NCBI GenBank assembly: GCA_039586365.1
Contig: JBDHKN010000011.1
Coordinates: 1 to 64,000, forward strand
Direction of reading: 5' to 3'
Origin: Gemmatimonadota bacterium
Lineage (GTDB): Bacteria > Gemmatimonadota > Gemmatimonadetes > Gemmatimonadales > GWC2-71-9
DNA: 64,000 nt
The translations under genes and the position numbers were made by a program. Positions 40,632 to 50,910 of this stretch are shown here, one piece after another (within the stretch, counting starts at the first letter, position 1; every line of letters begins with the position of its first letter). Under the pieces are notes generated by a model. That model worked only from the letters and a program-made list of their open reading frames with translations, was not told the DNA's origin and did not search any database.

Positions 40632-41924
40632 ATGCAACCTCAAGGGCTGCCTGGATTTCGCGATTTCTACCCTGACGACGCAGCTCTCCGGACTCACATC
40701 TTCAACGCCTGGCGCGAAGTAGCAACTCGCTACGGATTTCAGGAGTACGACGGTCCGCCGCTCGAGCCGCTCGAGCTGTACGTGAAGAAGAGTGGGGAGG
40801 AGATCGTCGGACAGCTGTACACCTTCGAGGATCGAGGTGGGCGTGCGGTAGCGCTACGTCCCGAGATGACGCCGACGCTCGCACGCATGGTTGGGGCACG
40901 TGCGCGGGGGCTCAAGAAGCCAATCCGCTGGTTCTCATTGCCACAGCTGCTGCGCTATGAGCGGCCGCAGCGTGGCAGGCTGAGGGAGCACTTTCAGCTG
41001 AACATGGACATCATCGGTGAGTCCAGTTCTCTGGCTGATGCTGAGATCATAGCGGCAGCTATCGATATCATGCGCGCCCTAGGGCTCGGCCCGGAGGTCG
41101 TGCGAGCCAGAGTATCGGATCGGCGTGTCGTGAAAGCGCTGTTGGACGCTCGTGATCTCGATGAACGGCAGCTAGCCGCTGCCTTCCAGCACATTGACAA
41201 AGTCGACCGCGAGAAGCGCTCGGAACTGGCAGCCATGTTGGCCCAGGCGGCAAGCATTACGACCGAACTGGCCGAATACGTGCTGTCCATCGGTGACATC
41301 AAAGGTCTTGGCGCAGTGATGGACACTCTTCATGGACTCCCGGGCGGCACTGAGCACGCTGCTGGCCTGGCCGCGTGCGTGGAAGCACTTGAGGCCATGG
41401 GGTTGGGTGAGTTTGTGGACGTGGACTTGGGCATAGTCCGTGGCTTGGCATACTACACGGGCGTCGTTTTCGAGTTGTTCGATGCAAGTAAGGCATTGCG
41501 CGCCATCTGTGGAGGCGGACGCTACGACGGTCTGTTGGGGGAATTGGGTGGCACTGATCTCCCCGCTGTAGGCTTCGGGATGGGAGATGTCGTGTTGGGT
41601 GAGTTGCTGTTGGAACGCAGAGTGAAGCCTGCCGTGCCAACGGGACTAGACGTATTCATCGTCGCTGTCACGGGAGATGACGTGAGCCTTGTGCTGGGTC
41701 TGGGGCATCGTCTCCGCGACAGAGGTGTTCGGGTCGAATACTCACTCAAACCACAGTCGATCGCCAAGCAGTTGAAACTCGCCGCGGCGCGTCCAGCAAC
41801 CCGTGCAGTGATCATAGGACCAGACGAGAGCGCGGCGGGTGAAGCGGTGGTGCGGGATCTCAGTTCGGGTGAGGAGCGGCGAGTGGCGTTGGACGTGCTA
41901 GAAGCAGAGTATGACCTACGATGA
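40632..41924 (+). CDS. hisS: Histidine--tRNA ligase
   Basis: GFRDFYP, LRPEMT, RYERPQRGRLREHFQ, RGLAYYTG, GGGRYD. Confidence 0.96.
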   Translation: MQPQGLPGFRDFYPDDAALRTHIFNAWREVATRYGFQEYDGPPLEPLELYVKKSGEEIVGQLYTFEDRGGRAVALRPEMTPTLARMVGARARGLKKPIRWFSLPQLLRYERPQRGRLREHFQLNMDIIGESSSLADAEIIAAAIDIMRALGLGPEVVRARVSDRRVVKALLDARDLDERQLAAAFQHIDKVDREKRSELAAMLAQAASITTELAEYVLSIGDIKGLGAVMDTLHGLPGGTEHAAGLAACVEALEAMGLGEFVDVDLGIVRGLAYYTGVVFELFDASKALRAICGGGRYDGLLGELGGTDLPAVGFGMGDVVLGELLLERRVKPAVPTGLDVFIVAVTGDDVSLVLGLGHRLRDRGVRVEYSLKPQSIAKQLKLAAARPATRAVIIGPDESAAGEAVVRDLSSGEERRVALDVLEAEYDLR

Positions 41925-41999
41925 CTGCGCATGCCGGCGCACGTTGAGTTCTACTGTTCAGCCATCGATCAGATATCCGACGATCAACAAGACTAGATA

Positions 42000-43445
42000 A
42001 TGAGCCAAGAACGAGCTGTCACACCCAGGGCTGAGGACTTCAGCCAGTGGTACAACGATGTCATCATGCGAGCGGAGTTGGCGGACTACTCTCCTGTCCG
42101 CGGCTGCATGGTGATCCGTCCGCGGGGATACGGCATCTGGGAGCTGATGCAGCGAACCCTGGACGGCATGTTCAAGGAGACCGGGCACCAAAACGCGTAC
42201 TTCCCCCTGTTCATCCCCCAGAGTTTCCTAGCCAAAGAGGCCGAACATGTGGAAGGCTTCGCTCCCGAGACAGCCGTTGTCACTATGGGTGGCGGGAAGG
42301 TACTGGATGAACCGCTTGTGGTGCGGCCGACGTCGGAGACCATCATATACGCGTCATTCGCCAAGTGGATTCAGAGCTATCGGGACCTGCCCCTGTTGTT
42401 GAACCAGTGGGCGAACATCGTGCGGTGGGAAATGCGGACACGTCTGTTCTTGCGGACCACTGAGTTTCTCTGGCAGGAAGGTCACACCGCCCACGCAACC
42501 GATGCGGAGGCTCAGGAAGAAGCACTCCTGATTCTCGATATCTACCGAAGGTTCATGGAAGAGTGGATGGCGATGCCGGTAGTGACCGGAGTGAAGACGG
42601 ACTCCGAGCGGTTTGCTGGAGCGCTTCGGACCTATGCCTGTGAAGCCCTCATGCAGGACAATAAAGCGTTGCAGGCGGGTACGACGCATCACCTGGGGCA
42701 GAACTTCGCCAAGGCGTTTGACGTAACCTTCCAGACGGCTGACGGAGGTGTGGATCATGTTTGGAGCACTTCGTGGGGAGTTTCCACTCGGCTAGTTGGC
42801 GGCGTCATCATGAGTCATGGGGACGACACAGGTCTAGTGTGCCCACCGCGGTTGGCCCCTACCCAGGTGGTGATAGTGCCGATTTGGAAATCAGGGGAGG
42901 ACAGGGCCGTCGTGATGGAGGTGAGCCAGAGGTTGCTGCGTCAATTGCGGGAAAGTGGCGTGCGTGTTGAGCTTGACGACCGTGATGGAATGAAGCCTGG
43001 GGCAAAATACTATGAATGGGAAGGCAAGGGTGTGCCGGTGAGGTTGGAGATTGGCCCCCGCGACGTCGCGCAGGACCAAGCAGTTGTGGCCCGGCGCACT
43101 GGTGGCAAGACTACCGTGAAGCTCGGTGATCTGCATCGGACGCTCAAATCTACGTTTGATGAGGTTCAGCAACAACTCTACTCAACAGCAGTCGAAAGGC
43201 GCGAACAGAATTCCATTCGCAACGTGCGGAAGGATCAGCTTATCGAATTCATGAACGGCCGGGCGGGATTCGCATACGGCGGTTTCTGCGGCAGCGAGCG
43301 CTGTGAGCAAGAGATCAAGGACCTCACAAAGGCAACCGTGCGGGTGCTCCCGGATCCCGAATTCCGGTCCAATCCTTCTCCTGCAGAATGTGCTTGGTGC
43401 GGAATGCCTTCTATCAGCGAAGCGGTGTGGGCGAAAGCGTACTAG
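42000..43445 (+). CDS. proS: Proline--tRNA ligase (archaeal/eukaryote-like type, no INS editing domain)
   Basis: DFSQWY, RPTSET, FLRTTEFLWQEGHT, WGVSTR, C-terminal AKAY. Confidence 0.96.
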   Translation: MSQERAVTPRAEDFSQWYNDVIMRAELADYSPVRGCMVIRPRGYGIWELMQRTLDGMFKETGHQNAYFPLFIPQSFLAKEAEHVEGFAPETAVVTMGGGKVLDEPLVVRPTSETIIYASFAKWIQSYRDLPLLLNQWANIVRWEMRTRLFLRTTEFLWQEGHTAHATDAEAQEEALLILDIYRRFMEEWMAMPVVTGVKTDSERFAGALRTYACEALMQDNKALQAGTTHHLGQNFAKAFDVTFQTADGGVDHVWSTSWGVSTRLVGGVIMSHGDDTGLVCPPRLAPTQVVIVPIWKSGEDRAVVMEVSQRLLRQLRESGVRVELDDRDGMKPGAKYYEWEGKGVPVRLEIGPRDVAQDQAVVARRTGGKTTVKLGDLHRTLKSTFDEVQQQLYSTAVERREQNSIRNVRKDQLIEFMNGRAGFAYGGFCGSERCEQEIKDLTKATVRVLPDPEFRSNPSPAECAWCGMPSISEAVWAKAY

Positions 43446-44719
43446 GGTGTTCGGCGGCAACGCTTGAACAGATCGCGGACGTGGTCGGTACGCCAGCGTA
43501 CGTGTATCATGCTGACTCCATTCGTGACCGCTATCGAGACCTAAGCGATGCACTAGCACCGTTCTCGCATCGCATCTGCTATTCAGTCAAGGCCAACAGC
43601 AATCTCGCGGTTCTTGGACTGCTTCGCAGTCTGGGGGCAGGTGCCGACATAGTGTCTGGAGGCGAGCTCGAGCGCGTCCTGAGAGCTGGGTTTGCCGGAG
43701 ACAATATAGTGTTCAGTGGAGTGGCAAAGACTGCTGCCGAACTCGCGGGCGCGCTAGCTGCCGGCGTCGGGTTGATCAACGTCGAATCACCTGCTGAGCT
43801 GCGTGAACTGGATCGTGTCGCTCAGGAGAAAGACGCCATCGCAAGATTCGGCATACGAGTGAACCCCGATGTGGTTACTGAGACCCATCCCTACACGCAG
43901 ACTGGTGAACGGGGGATGAAGTTCGGCGTGCCGATGCACGAGGTCTTGGAGTTAGCTCGCTGGGCTCACGGTAGAAAGCATCTCGAGCTACGTGGCATAG
44001 GTATGCATATTGGGTCACAGATAACCAGCGCGGAGAACTACCGCGAAGGAGCCTCCAAGCTAGCCGGATTGGTCGCCGATATCCGTGGCGCCGGTGTGGG
44101 GGCGCTCCAGAGTGTGGACGTGGGTGGGGGGCTTGGCATACGCTATACCGATGAAAGGGCGCTCCCCGCCGCTGAGTTCGCCGCAGCAGTGAAGCCGCTA
44201 CTGGAGACCACGCGACTGACCCTGTTGGTCGAGCCCGGCCGGTTCCTGGTTGGAAACGCCGGTCTCCTGCTCACACGTTGTGTGTATCGCAAGAAGTCAG
44301 GTCGGCGAAATTTCGTAGTTGTTGACGCGGGGATGAATGATTTTCTGCGCCCAAGTCACTATGGCGCCGTACACGATATCCGCACAATATCTGATTCGGT
44401 AGGCGACCCAGAGCCGGTCGCAGAACGTTGTGACGTCGTCGGCCCCATTTGCGAGACTGGGGATTTCCTGGGTTTCGAGCGAGATCTCCGAGTAGTGGGT
44501 TCGGGCTCGTTACTCGCCGTGCTGGGGGCGGGCGCGTATGGCTTCACCATGAGTTCCACCTATAACTCACGACCGAGGCCACCAGAGGTGTTGATCGATG
44601 GCGACCAGTGGGCCATCGTCAGAGAACGAGAGAAGGTGGCGGACCTCATGCGTGGTGAAGTGCTGCTCGGGCAGGCAGGACTCCAGTGGAGAACAGTGGC
44701 AGAAGGTCGGAGCCAATGA
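43427..44719 (+). CDS. lysA: Diaminopimelate decarboxylase
   Basis: [39 protein letters not shown]; start placed at GTG 43427. Confidence 0.94.
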   Translation: MGESVLGCSAATLEQIADVVGTPAYVYHADSIRDRYRDLSDALAPFSHRICYSVKANSNLAVLGLLRSLGAGADIVSGGELERVLRAGFAGDNIVFSGVAKTAAELAGALAAGVGLINVESPAELRELDRVAQEKDAIARFGIRVNPDVVTETHPYTQTGERGMKFGVPMHEVLELARWAHGRKHLELRGIGMHIGSQITSAENYREGASKLAGLVADIRGAGVGALQSVDVGGGLGIRYTDERALPAAEFAAAVKPLLETTRLTLLVEPGRFLVGNAGLLLTRCVYRKKSGRRNFVVVDAGMNDFLRPSHYGAVHDIRTISDSVGDPEPVAERCDVVGPICETGDFLGFERDLRVVGSGSLLAVLGAGAYGFTMSSTYNSRPRPPEVLIDGDQWAIVREREKVADLMRGEVLLGQAGLQWRTVAEGRSQ

Positions 44720-46275
44720 GTAGTCTCGATAACGGAATCCTGATAATAGACTACGGTTCGCAATTCACTCAGTTGATCGCTCGCAGAGTACGTGAGGCAC
44801 ACGTGTATTGCGAGATTCAATCCCCCCCGAATTCCGTCGCGGCGGTCCGCGAGCGCAGTCCGAAGGGCGTCATTCTATCTGGAGGCCCCAGCTCGGTGTA
44901 CGAAGAGGAAGCGCCCACAATCGAATCGGGGATCGTGGAGCTTGGTTTGCCCGTGCTTGGAATCTGCTACGGGATGGGTCTCGTTGCGCTTGCAGCAGGC
45001 GGCCGAGTCGAGCGTGCTGGCGAAGGTGAATACGGTCGGGCCGATCTGGAGATAAGAGAATCTAGCGGCGTGTTCTCCGGTTTCGAGGCCGGAGAAGTCG
45101 TGCCAGTCTGGATGAGTCACGGAGACCGGATAACGGAATTGCCGCCCGGATTCGAAGTGACCGCCTCGAGTCCCAATAGTCCGATAGCGTCGTTCGCGGA
45201 CCGGGAGAGAGACCTCTACGGCCTGCAGTTCCATCCCGAGGTCGTGCACACACCACGGGGCCGGGAGATGCTGCATAACTTCCTGTTCCTAGTATGTGGT
45301 TGTGAGCCGAACTGGACAGCGGGTCACTTCATCACGGACCAAGTCGCAGCAATCAAGGAGCGAGTGGGGCCCAGCCAGAGAGCTATTTGTGGCCTGTCGG
45401 GTGGAGTCGACTCGGCAGTGGCCGCCATGCTGGTGTATCGGGCATTGGGCAGTCGACTAACGTGCATATTCGTTGACCACGGTCTGTTGCGCCAGCACGA
45501 ACAAGAACAGGTGGAGAGGGTATTCCGTTCACACTTGGGCATTGACCTCGTTGTCGTTGACGCGGCGGAGCAGTTTCTCCAGCGTCTTGACGGTGTGGAA
45601 GATCCTGAGGAGAAGCGGCGGATCATCGGCCACACGTTCATCGACGTGTTCGAAGAGGCGGCCGAGAACGTAGGTGGCGATGTGGGATTCTTAGTGCAGG
45701 GGACCCTATATCCCGACGTAATCGAGTCTACATCTCCGAGGGGTGGGCCATCGGCTACCATCAAGACACATCACAATGTGGGTGGCCTTAGACCGGACCT
45801 CCCCTTCGAGTTGATTGAACCGCTCAGAGAACTGTTCAAGGACGAAGTACGTCAGGTGGGCCGTGAGCTAGGGCTCCCCGAAGAAATCGTGGGCCGTCAC
45901 CCGTTTCCGGGCCCTGGATTGGCAATTCGCGTTCTGGGCCCTGTCACACCAGAACGGTTGGAGGTCTTACGCCAATCGGACGCCATATACATCGAGGAAA
46001 TCAGAGCAGCAGGCCTGTACGACGACATCTGGCAGGCGTTCACGGTCCTTCTCCCTATTCGGTCAGTGGGGGTCATGGGGGACTCTCGTACCTATGAAAA
46101 CGTAGTCGCAGTGCGGGCGGTAACTAGCCGTGACGGCATGACGGCTGACTGGTATCCGCTTCCCCACGAAGTGATCGGCCGCGTGGCGAATCGAATCATC
46201 AACGAGGTCGGTGGGGTCAATCGGGTGGTCTACGATGTGAGTTCCAAACCACCCGCGACGATTGAGTGGGAATAG
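44716..46275 (+). CDS. guaA: GMP synthase (glutamine-hydrolysing)
   Basis: [36 protein letters not shown]. Confidence 0.97.
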   Translation: MSSLDNGILIIDYGSQFTQLIARRVREAHVYCEIQSPPNSVAAVRERSPKGVILSGGPSSVYEEEAPTIESGIVELGLPVLGICYGMGLVALAAGGRVERAGEGEYGRADLEIRESSGVFSGFEAGEVVPVWMSHGDRITELPPGFEVTASSPNSPIASFADRERDLYGLQFHPEVVHTPRGREMLHNFLFLVCGCEPNWTAGHFITDQVAAIKERVGPSQRAICGLSGGVDSAVAAMLVYRALGSRLTCIFVDHGLLRQHEQEQVERVFRSHLGIDLVVVDAAEQFLQRLDGVEDPEEKRRIIGHTFIDVFEEAAENVGGDVGFLVQGTLYPDVIESTSPRGGPSATIKTHHNVGGLRPDLPFELIEPLRELFKDEVRQVGRELGLPEEIVGRHPFPGPGLAIRVLGPVTPERLEVLRQSDAIYIEEIRAAGLYDDIWQAFTVLLPIRSVGVMGDSRTYENVVAVRAVTSRDGMTADWYPLPHEVIGRVANRIINEVGGVNRVVYDVSSKPPATIEWE

Positions 46276-46281
46276 GGCGCG

Positions 46282-46734
46282 CTAGATGTCTTTTGTTTCC
46301 AGCAGTTGCAGGAACTCCTCCGGTCTCTCGAGCTTCCCGAGCAGTTCTGGAACGTCAGGTTCTTTTGCGAACTGGGCCACTTTCCCGAGCACCGGCAGGT
46401 ACTGGTTCGAAACCTCGAGTGGTGGCGCCACTATGAGGAAGAAGTTGTAGACTGACTTGTCGTCTATCGCCTTGAAATCGATCCCTTCCGGCTTTCTTCC
46501 GAACGCAACGCGGAGTCGGCTGACCACTAGAGAGCGGCAGTGTGGGATGGCTATCCCCCTCCCTATTCCAGTCGATCCCAGGTTCTCCCGTCGTTTGAGC
46601 ATCTTATAGAGCATACCCTCTGACTTCTCGTCCAGGGCGAGGAGCGAGATCAACTCCTTCAAGATGTCGTCTTTGGTTGTGGCTTCGAGCTTGAGCTTTA
46701 TCGCGTCGGCAGAAAAGAAATCTCTGAGATGCAT
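46282..46734 (-). CDS. Stand-alone PTS EIIA protein (Ntr/Fru type)
   Basis: RRE.LGSTGIG.GIAIPHC with the phospho-His; no permease nearby. Confidence 0.9.
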   Translation of the reverse strand: MHLRDFFSADAIKLKLEATTKDDILKELISLLALDEKSEGMLYKMLKRRENLGSTGIGRGIAIPHCRSLVVSRLRVAFGRKPEGIDFKAIDDKSVYNFFLIVAPPLEVSNQYLPVLGKVAQFAKEPDVPELLGKLERPEEFLQLLETKDI

Positions 46735-46769
46735 GATGCGGTTTTCAGCTTGGTTGAGGTACGGTCGTT

Positions 46770-46799
46770 AACCTAATCGTGGTGGAAGTCGGCTGTCAA
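46770..46799 (-). promoter_or_regulatory. Sigma70-like promoter of the EIIA gene
   Basis: Minus strand TTGACA-18-TAGGTT. Confidence 0.5.
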
Positions 46800-46808
46800 A
46801 CTGTCCTG

Positions 46809-46837
46809 TTGCCGGGCCAGCGGAGCAACATTAAGTT
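46809..46837 (+). promoter_or_regulatory. Likely leaderless promoter of dusB
   Basis: TTGCCG-17-TAAGTT-6-ATG (46844). Confidence 0.6.
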
Positions 46838-46843
46838 CGCGGG

Positions 46844-47827
46844 ATGGTATTCCCCTATCCGGCAGGGAACGAGGTTCCGCTGTTCCTGGCCCCGATGGCA
46901 GGTGTATCGGAGCCTCCTTTCCGGCTCCTGTGTCGTTCGTTTGGTGCCGACGTGCTGGTTTCTGAGTTCCTGTCTAGTGAGGGCCTTCGGCGCGGCGTGA
47001 AGAATGTTCACGACGGCGCTTTTTTCACGGCAAAGGAGCGACCGATCGGCATTCAGCTTTATGGGGCTCACCCCGCGGCAATGGCTGAAGCAGCCGGTCT
47101 CGTCACCGAGCACTATCAACCTGATTTCGTGGATATCAACTTCGGGTGTCCAGTCAAGAAGGTGGTAAGAAGGAATGGAGGCTCGGGTTGTCTCCAGGAC
47201 CTCGGGTTGGTTCAGAGGATTGTGCGTGCAGTCCGATCCGCCACTCATCTCCCGGTAACGGTCAAGATTCGCAGCGGGTGGGATGAAGCCACCCGGGACC
47301 CGGTCGAGATCGGTCTCCGCTGCCAGGACGCCGGTGCCCAGGTGCTCACGCTGCATCCCCGCACGCGCGCTCAGCATTACCGGGGCTTCGCCCGTTGGGA
47401 TGAGATTGCGAGGGTGGTCGATGCTCTGGAGATCCCGGTTGTCGGCAATGGCGATATCAGGACGGCGGAGGATGCCGTCAGGATGTTGCGTGAGACTGGC
47501 TGTGCCGGAATCATGATCGCCCGCGGTTCGTTCGGTAACCCGTGGATCTTTCAGCAGGCGCGCGCACTGATCGACCAGAAGCGGCCGCGGCCCAGTCCGG
47601 GTGCGGCCGAGCGATTTGAAGTGGCGCTGCGGCACGCGCAGCTCCAGCTGTCAATCAAAGGTGACGATCGCCGCACGGCCGTGGAGTTCCGCAAGCATCT
47701 CGGCTGGTATACCAAGGGGCTACCGGGGGCCGCTGACTTGCGGTCCAGACTACACCGGGTGGAAACGATGGCGGACGCCGAGAGGATCTTTCGGCTGTAC
47801 CTAGCCCCGCAAGAAGCGGTCGTGTGA
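46844..47827 (+). CDS. dusB: tRNA-dihydrouridine synthase B
   Basis: LAPMAGV, DINFGCP, VTVKIRSG, HPRT, GNGDI, RKHLGWY. Confidence 0.94.
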   Translation: MVFPYPAGNEVPLFLAPMAGVSEPPFRLLCRSFGADVLVSEFLSSEGLRRGVKNVHDGAFFTAKERPIGIQLYGAHPAAMAEAAGLVTEHYQPDFVDINFGCPVKKVVRRNGGSGCLQDLGLVQRIVRAVRSATHLPVTVKIRSGWDEATRDPVEIGLRCQDAGAQVLTLHPRTRAQHYRGFARWDEIARVVDALEIPVVGNGDIRTAEDAVRMLRETGCAGIMIARGSFGNPWIFQQARALIDQKRPRPSPGAAERFEVALRHAQLQLSIKGDDRRTAVEFRKHLGWYTKGLPGAADLRSRLHRVETMADAERIFRLYLAPQEAVV

Positions 47828-48579
47828 TGGACATGCAACTGCAGGAGGTGCTGGAGGCTGTGGCCCGGCACGATCTGACCGTGCCGCTGGCAATTGAGCG
47901 ACTGCGTCGGTTTCCGGTCGATGAATTGCCATACGCCCAGGTAGACCATCTCAGGCCCCTGGTCCAGGGGCTGGGGGAAGTGGTTTTCGGCGAGGGAAAG
48001 ACGACAGAGCAGGTGGTGGGTATCTGTCAGTCGCTGGCCGAAGAGTCAGGGTCGTTCCTCGCTACCCGCACCAACAAGGTGATGCAGGATGCTCTGCAGG
48101 GTCTCTTTCCTGGGGCGGTAGTCAACACCCTAGCTCGCACCGTGTACTTGGCGCCTGATCCGGAGCCGGAGCCCACGGGCCAGGGGAGGATTCTGGTAGT
48201 CACGGCCGGAACGAGCGACCTGCCTGTTGCTGAAGAAGCAGTTGTGGTCGCTCGCGCGCTCCGGAACGACGTCGCGACTCTGTACGACGTCGGTGTGGCT
48301 GGGATCCATCGTCTGCTCAGGAAGGCAGAACTTCTGGAGACTGCGTCAGTGGTCGTGGTGGTAGCAGGGATGGACGGTGCTTTGGCAAGTGTTGTGGGTG
48401 GCCTGGTCAGAGTCCCAGTGATAGCAGTACCGACAAGTGTGGGGTACGGTGCCTCCTTCGGGGGTGTGTCTGCGCTCCTGGCAATGCTAAACTCCTGTGC
48501 GTCGGGTGTGGTGGTGGTCAACATCGATAACGGCTTTGGGGCCGGCGCAGCCGCGTCCCGCATCAATCACGCGCCATGA
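47827..48579 (+). CDS. larB: Nickel pincer cofactor biosynthesis protein LarB (PurE-like)
   Basis: EVVFGEGK, AGTSDLPVAEEA, DVGVAGIHR, PTSVGYG, MLNSC, VNIDNGFGA. Confidence 0.93.
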   Translation: MDMQLQEVLEAVARHDLTVPLAIERLRRFPVDELPYAQVDHLRPLVQGLGEVVFGEGKTTEQVVGICQSLAEESGSFLATRTNKVMQDALQGLFPGAVVNTLARTVYLAPDPEPEPTGQGRILVVTAGTSDLPVAEEAVVVARALRNDVATLYDVGVAGIHRLLRKAELLETASVVVVVAGMDGALASVVGGLVRVPVIAVPTSVGYGASFGGVSALLAMLNSCASGVVVVNIDNGFGAGAAASRINHAP

Positions 48580-49994
48580 CAATAGCCATTCTACTAATCG
48601 TCGCTTTCGTTCTGGGCGTTGTGCTGGGAGCCGCAGTGCTATCGCGCCGTGGTACGGCGGATTCGGCCGGTTCCGCCCAGCATACCTGCGATACCCCACA
48701 GGTGGTGGATCTGCTTCGAAGGGCACACGGGGCGACCGCGGCATGCCTGGTCGCTGCGAACGCGGACCCCGTTTGGTCGCTGGCCGAGCCGGCTCCGCCC
48801 AATGCCGTTCTGGAACGCGCTCTAGAGATGGCAAGGGTCTCCCTGAGTGATGCCGGCCAGCACAGTGAATGCGCCGAACAAGCGATTCTCGCTGTCGGAG
48901 ACGGGCAACTGGGTGCGGCGCTGGTGTTCCCGGGTGCCACGATGGAGCCTGGTTCTGCGGAGACGGCCACTGCGGATCTCAAGCGCCTTTTCGCAGGATA
49001 CCGTGAGCTGAGGCTGAGGAAATCCGGGGAACTCAAGGCTCCTGGGGAGCTCCCGGAGTGGGTGACCGGTGGACCGGAAAATGTCGAGGGCCTTGCCTTT
49101 CAGCTCTGTGATGCTGTGCGTAGCGTTTCCGGCCGACCTGCCGTCTTGGTTCTGCGCGATCCCGGAACGCGCGAAGTGGCGATTGTGGCAGTTTCGAACG
49201 GGACCGACCGGAGAATGTTGGGAGCCCGAGTCGCGTCGGACTCGGTGGCGGGTCGTGCCTGTGCCAGTGATGCCCCAACAGTTGGGAAGGGAGTGGCCAG
49301 GCTGTTCGGGATTGTCCGACAGGATCGGAGAGCGAGCCAGGAAGAAGGCACCGCCTATCCGTTGCGAGACGGCAGGGAGGGAGTTGGCGCCCTCGTGGTC
49401 ATGGGGCCGCCCAACTCCATGCCGGATCGCATCAGGGAGCAGATCGTCTGGTTGGCGACGAACGCCGGCCCCAAGCTGGCTCGTGCGGTAACAGTGCGTG
49501 CTGCGGAAAGCCGGGCCAAGACGGATCAGTTGACGGGGCTTCCCAACCGCCGGGCTCTGGAACTGGCTATGGCGTCGTACAAGATGGGAGCCTGTTCAGT
49601 GCTGTGTGTTCATCTCGACGACTTCAAGAAGCTGAATGATGGGTTTGGCCATTCGGCTGGCGAAGCCAGCTTGCGGCAGGTTGCCGGCATCTTCCGGCGC
49701 GAACTGCGCGATGGGGACTTGCCGTGTCGCTTGGGAGGAGAGGAATTTGCACTCTGGCTTCCCGGAGCGGCTGCGGATCGAGCCATGGACGTGGCGGATC
49801 GGATCGTCCAGGCTGTGAGAGGTTCACTGCTTGATTGGAACGGGGCGGAGCTCCAGATGACCTGCTCCATAGGCGTGGCGTCCGTTCCCCACTCTGTGTC
49901 CCGAGCGGCAAACCTGCTTGGAGCGGCTGATGCGGCGTTGGATCGTGCCAAGGATTCGGGGCCAGATAGGGTGGTGTTGGCGTCTTCCGGCTGA
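48576..49994 (+). CDS. Membrane-anchored GAF-like + GGDEF domain protein, partly degenerate
   Basis: N-terminal TM helix, TDQLTGLPNRR, HLDDFKKLND..GHSAGE, RDGD I-site, GGEEF. Confidence 0.88.
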   Translation: MTIAILLIVAFVLGVVLGAAVLSRRGTADSAGSAQHTCDTPQVVDLLRRAHGATAACLVAANADPVWSLAEPAPPNAVLERALEMARVSLSDAGQHSECAEQAILAVGDGQLGAALVFPGATMEPGSAETATADLKRLFAGYRELRLRKSGELKAPGELPEWVTGGPENVEGLAFQLCDAVRSVSGRPAVLVLRDPGTREVAIVAVSNGTDRRMLGARVASDSVAGRACASDAPTVGKGVARLFGIVRQDRRASQEEGTAYPLRDGREGVGALVVMGPPNSMPDRIREQIVWLATNAGPKLARAVTVRAAESRAKTDQLTGLPNRRALELAMASYKMGACSVLCVHLDDFKKLNDGFGHSAGEASLRQVAGIFRRELRDGDLPCRLGGEEFALWLPGAAADRAMDVADRIVQAVRGSLLDWNGAELQMTCSIGVASVPHSVSRAANLLGAADAALDRAKDSGPDRVVLASSG

Positions 49995-50084
49995 GCCTGA
50001 GTTTGTCGTGAGCCAGCGGGGGCAGGCGAGTGAAGTGACGACGTTGCTGGTAAGTGGTGATATGGTATATATTTATCAGACAAA

Positions 50085-50440
50085 GGGGGCGACTGGATTC
50101 GACGGGTCTAGTGATGATCACGTAGCGTGCCCAGGTTCTCAGTCACCTGGTAAAACAACTGGGGCAAAACAACAACTGCCAACACTGACTTGGCTTTGGC
50201 TGCGTAAGGTCATACTTGCGCACCTGCCCAAGAGGCAGCCCGCCTGAGGCGGCGCTTGGGTATCGGAAACTCAGGCTGGCGTCTGGTGTCGCTTTCGCAT
50301 CCGACGCGAGAAAGTGTGAGAGCTCATCCGGCAGATGGATGGCTACGTGCCAGATGCCGGAGATAGCAAAGCGTAGCCTACGCACGTAGACGCGGATTCG
50401 GATCGAGGTTCGGACCGGGGTTCGACTCCCCGCGCCTCCA
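50085..50440 (+). ncRNA. ssrA: tmRNA; tag peptide (A)ANTDLALAA encoded at 50178-50207
   Basis: 5' GGGGGCGACTGGATTCGAC; 3' T-arm GGTTCGACTCC with acceptor CGCCTCCA including the G-U pair; tag ORF ends LAA-TAA. Confidence 0.96.
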
Positions 50441-50669
50441 TTGGGGCAGGGAAACACAAACGGTTGCAGGTTGTAGGGTTAGCCGTACCACACTGGTGCG
50501 GCTTTCTCTGTCTAGGGCTCGATTGTGGCTGTTTGATCGAATCCGGTTCGGGAAGAGTCGAAACGTCGGTCCGCCGGCAAGAGGGTGCCAAGATGGCGGA
50601 CACGGTTCCTGTGATTTCGCCCCGGCCTAGGAACAGTCATTGGAAGGTGTGTTGAGACGCCGGTTGTGT

Positions 50670-50910
50670 CCTCGCGCCGTGAGCAGGTGGGATTCGGTAC
50701 AGCCTGCAGTGGGCGCAGCGCACCTGGGCAAATCGGTGCTTCAAGCCGCCGCATGCGAAATCCTTGTCCGCTACCTCGACGAGGACGGAGTGCCCGTATC
50801 CGTAACGGCGGGAGTAGCCGCTCATCGTAGACTGTGATGACAGCGGGGAAGTGGTCCTCAACGAGGCTATAGGGCGGCGAGGCCCGCGACACTTCGTAGT
50901 CTCTCGCTGC
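50670..50910 (-). mobile_element. Degraded IS91-family transposase fragment (N-terminal zinc-binding domain)
   Basis: RASPPYSLVEDHF..VYDER, then after a frameshift RRYGY..VLVEVADKDFACGGLKHRFAQVRCAHC, matching the CG.L.HGFARVRCxxC motif. Confidence 0.7.
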
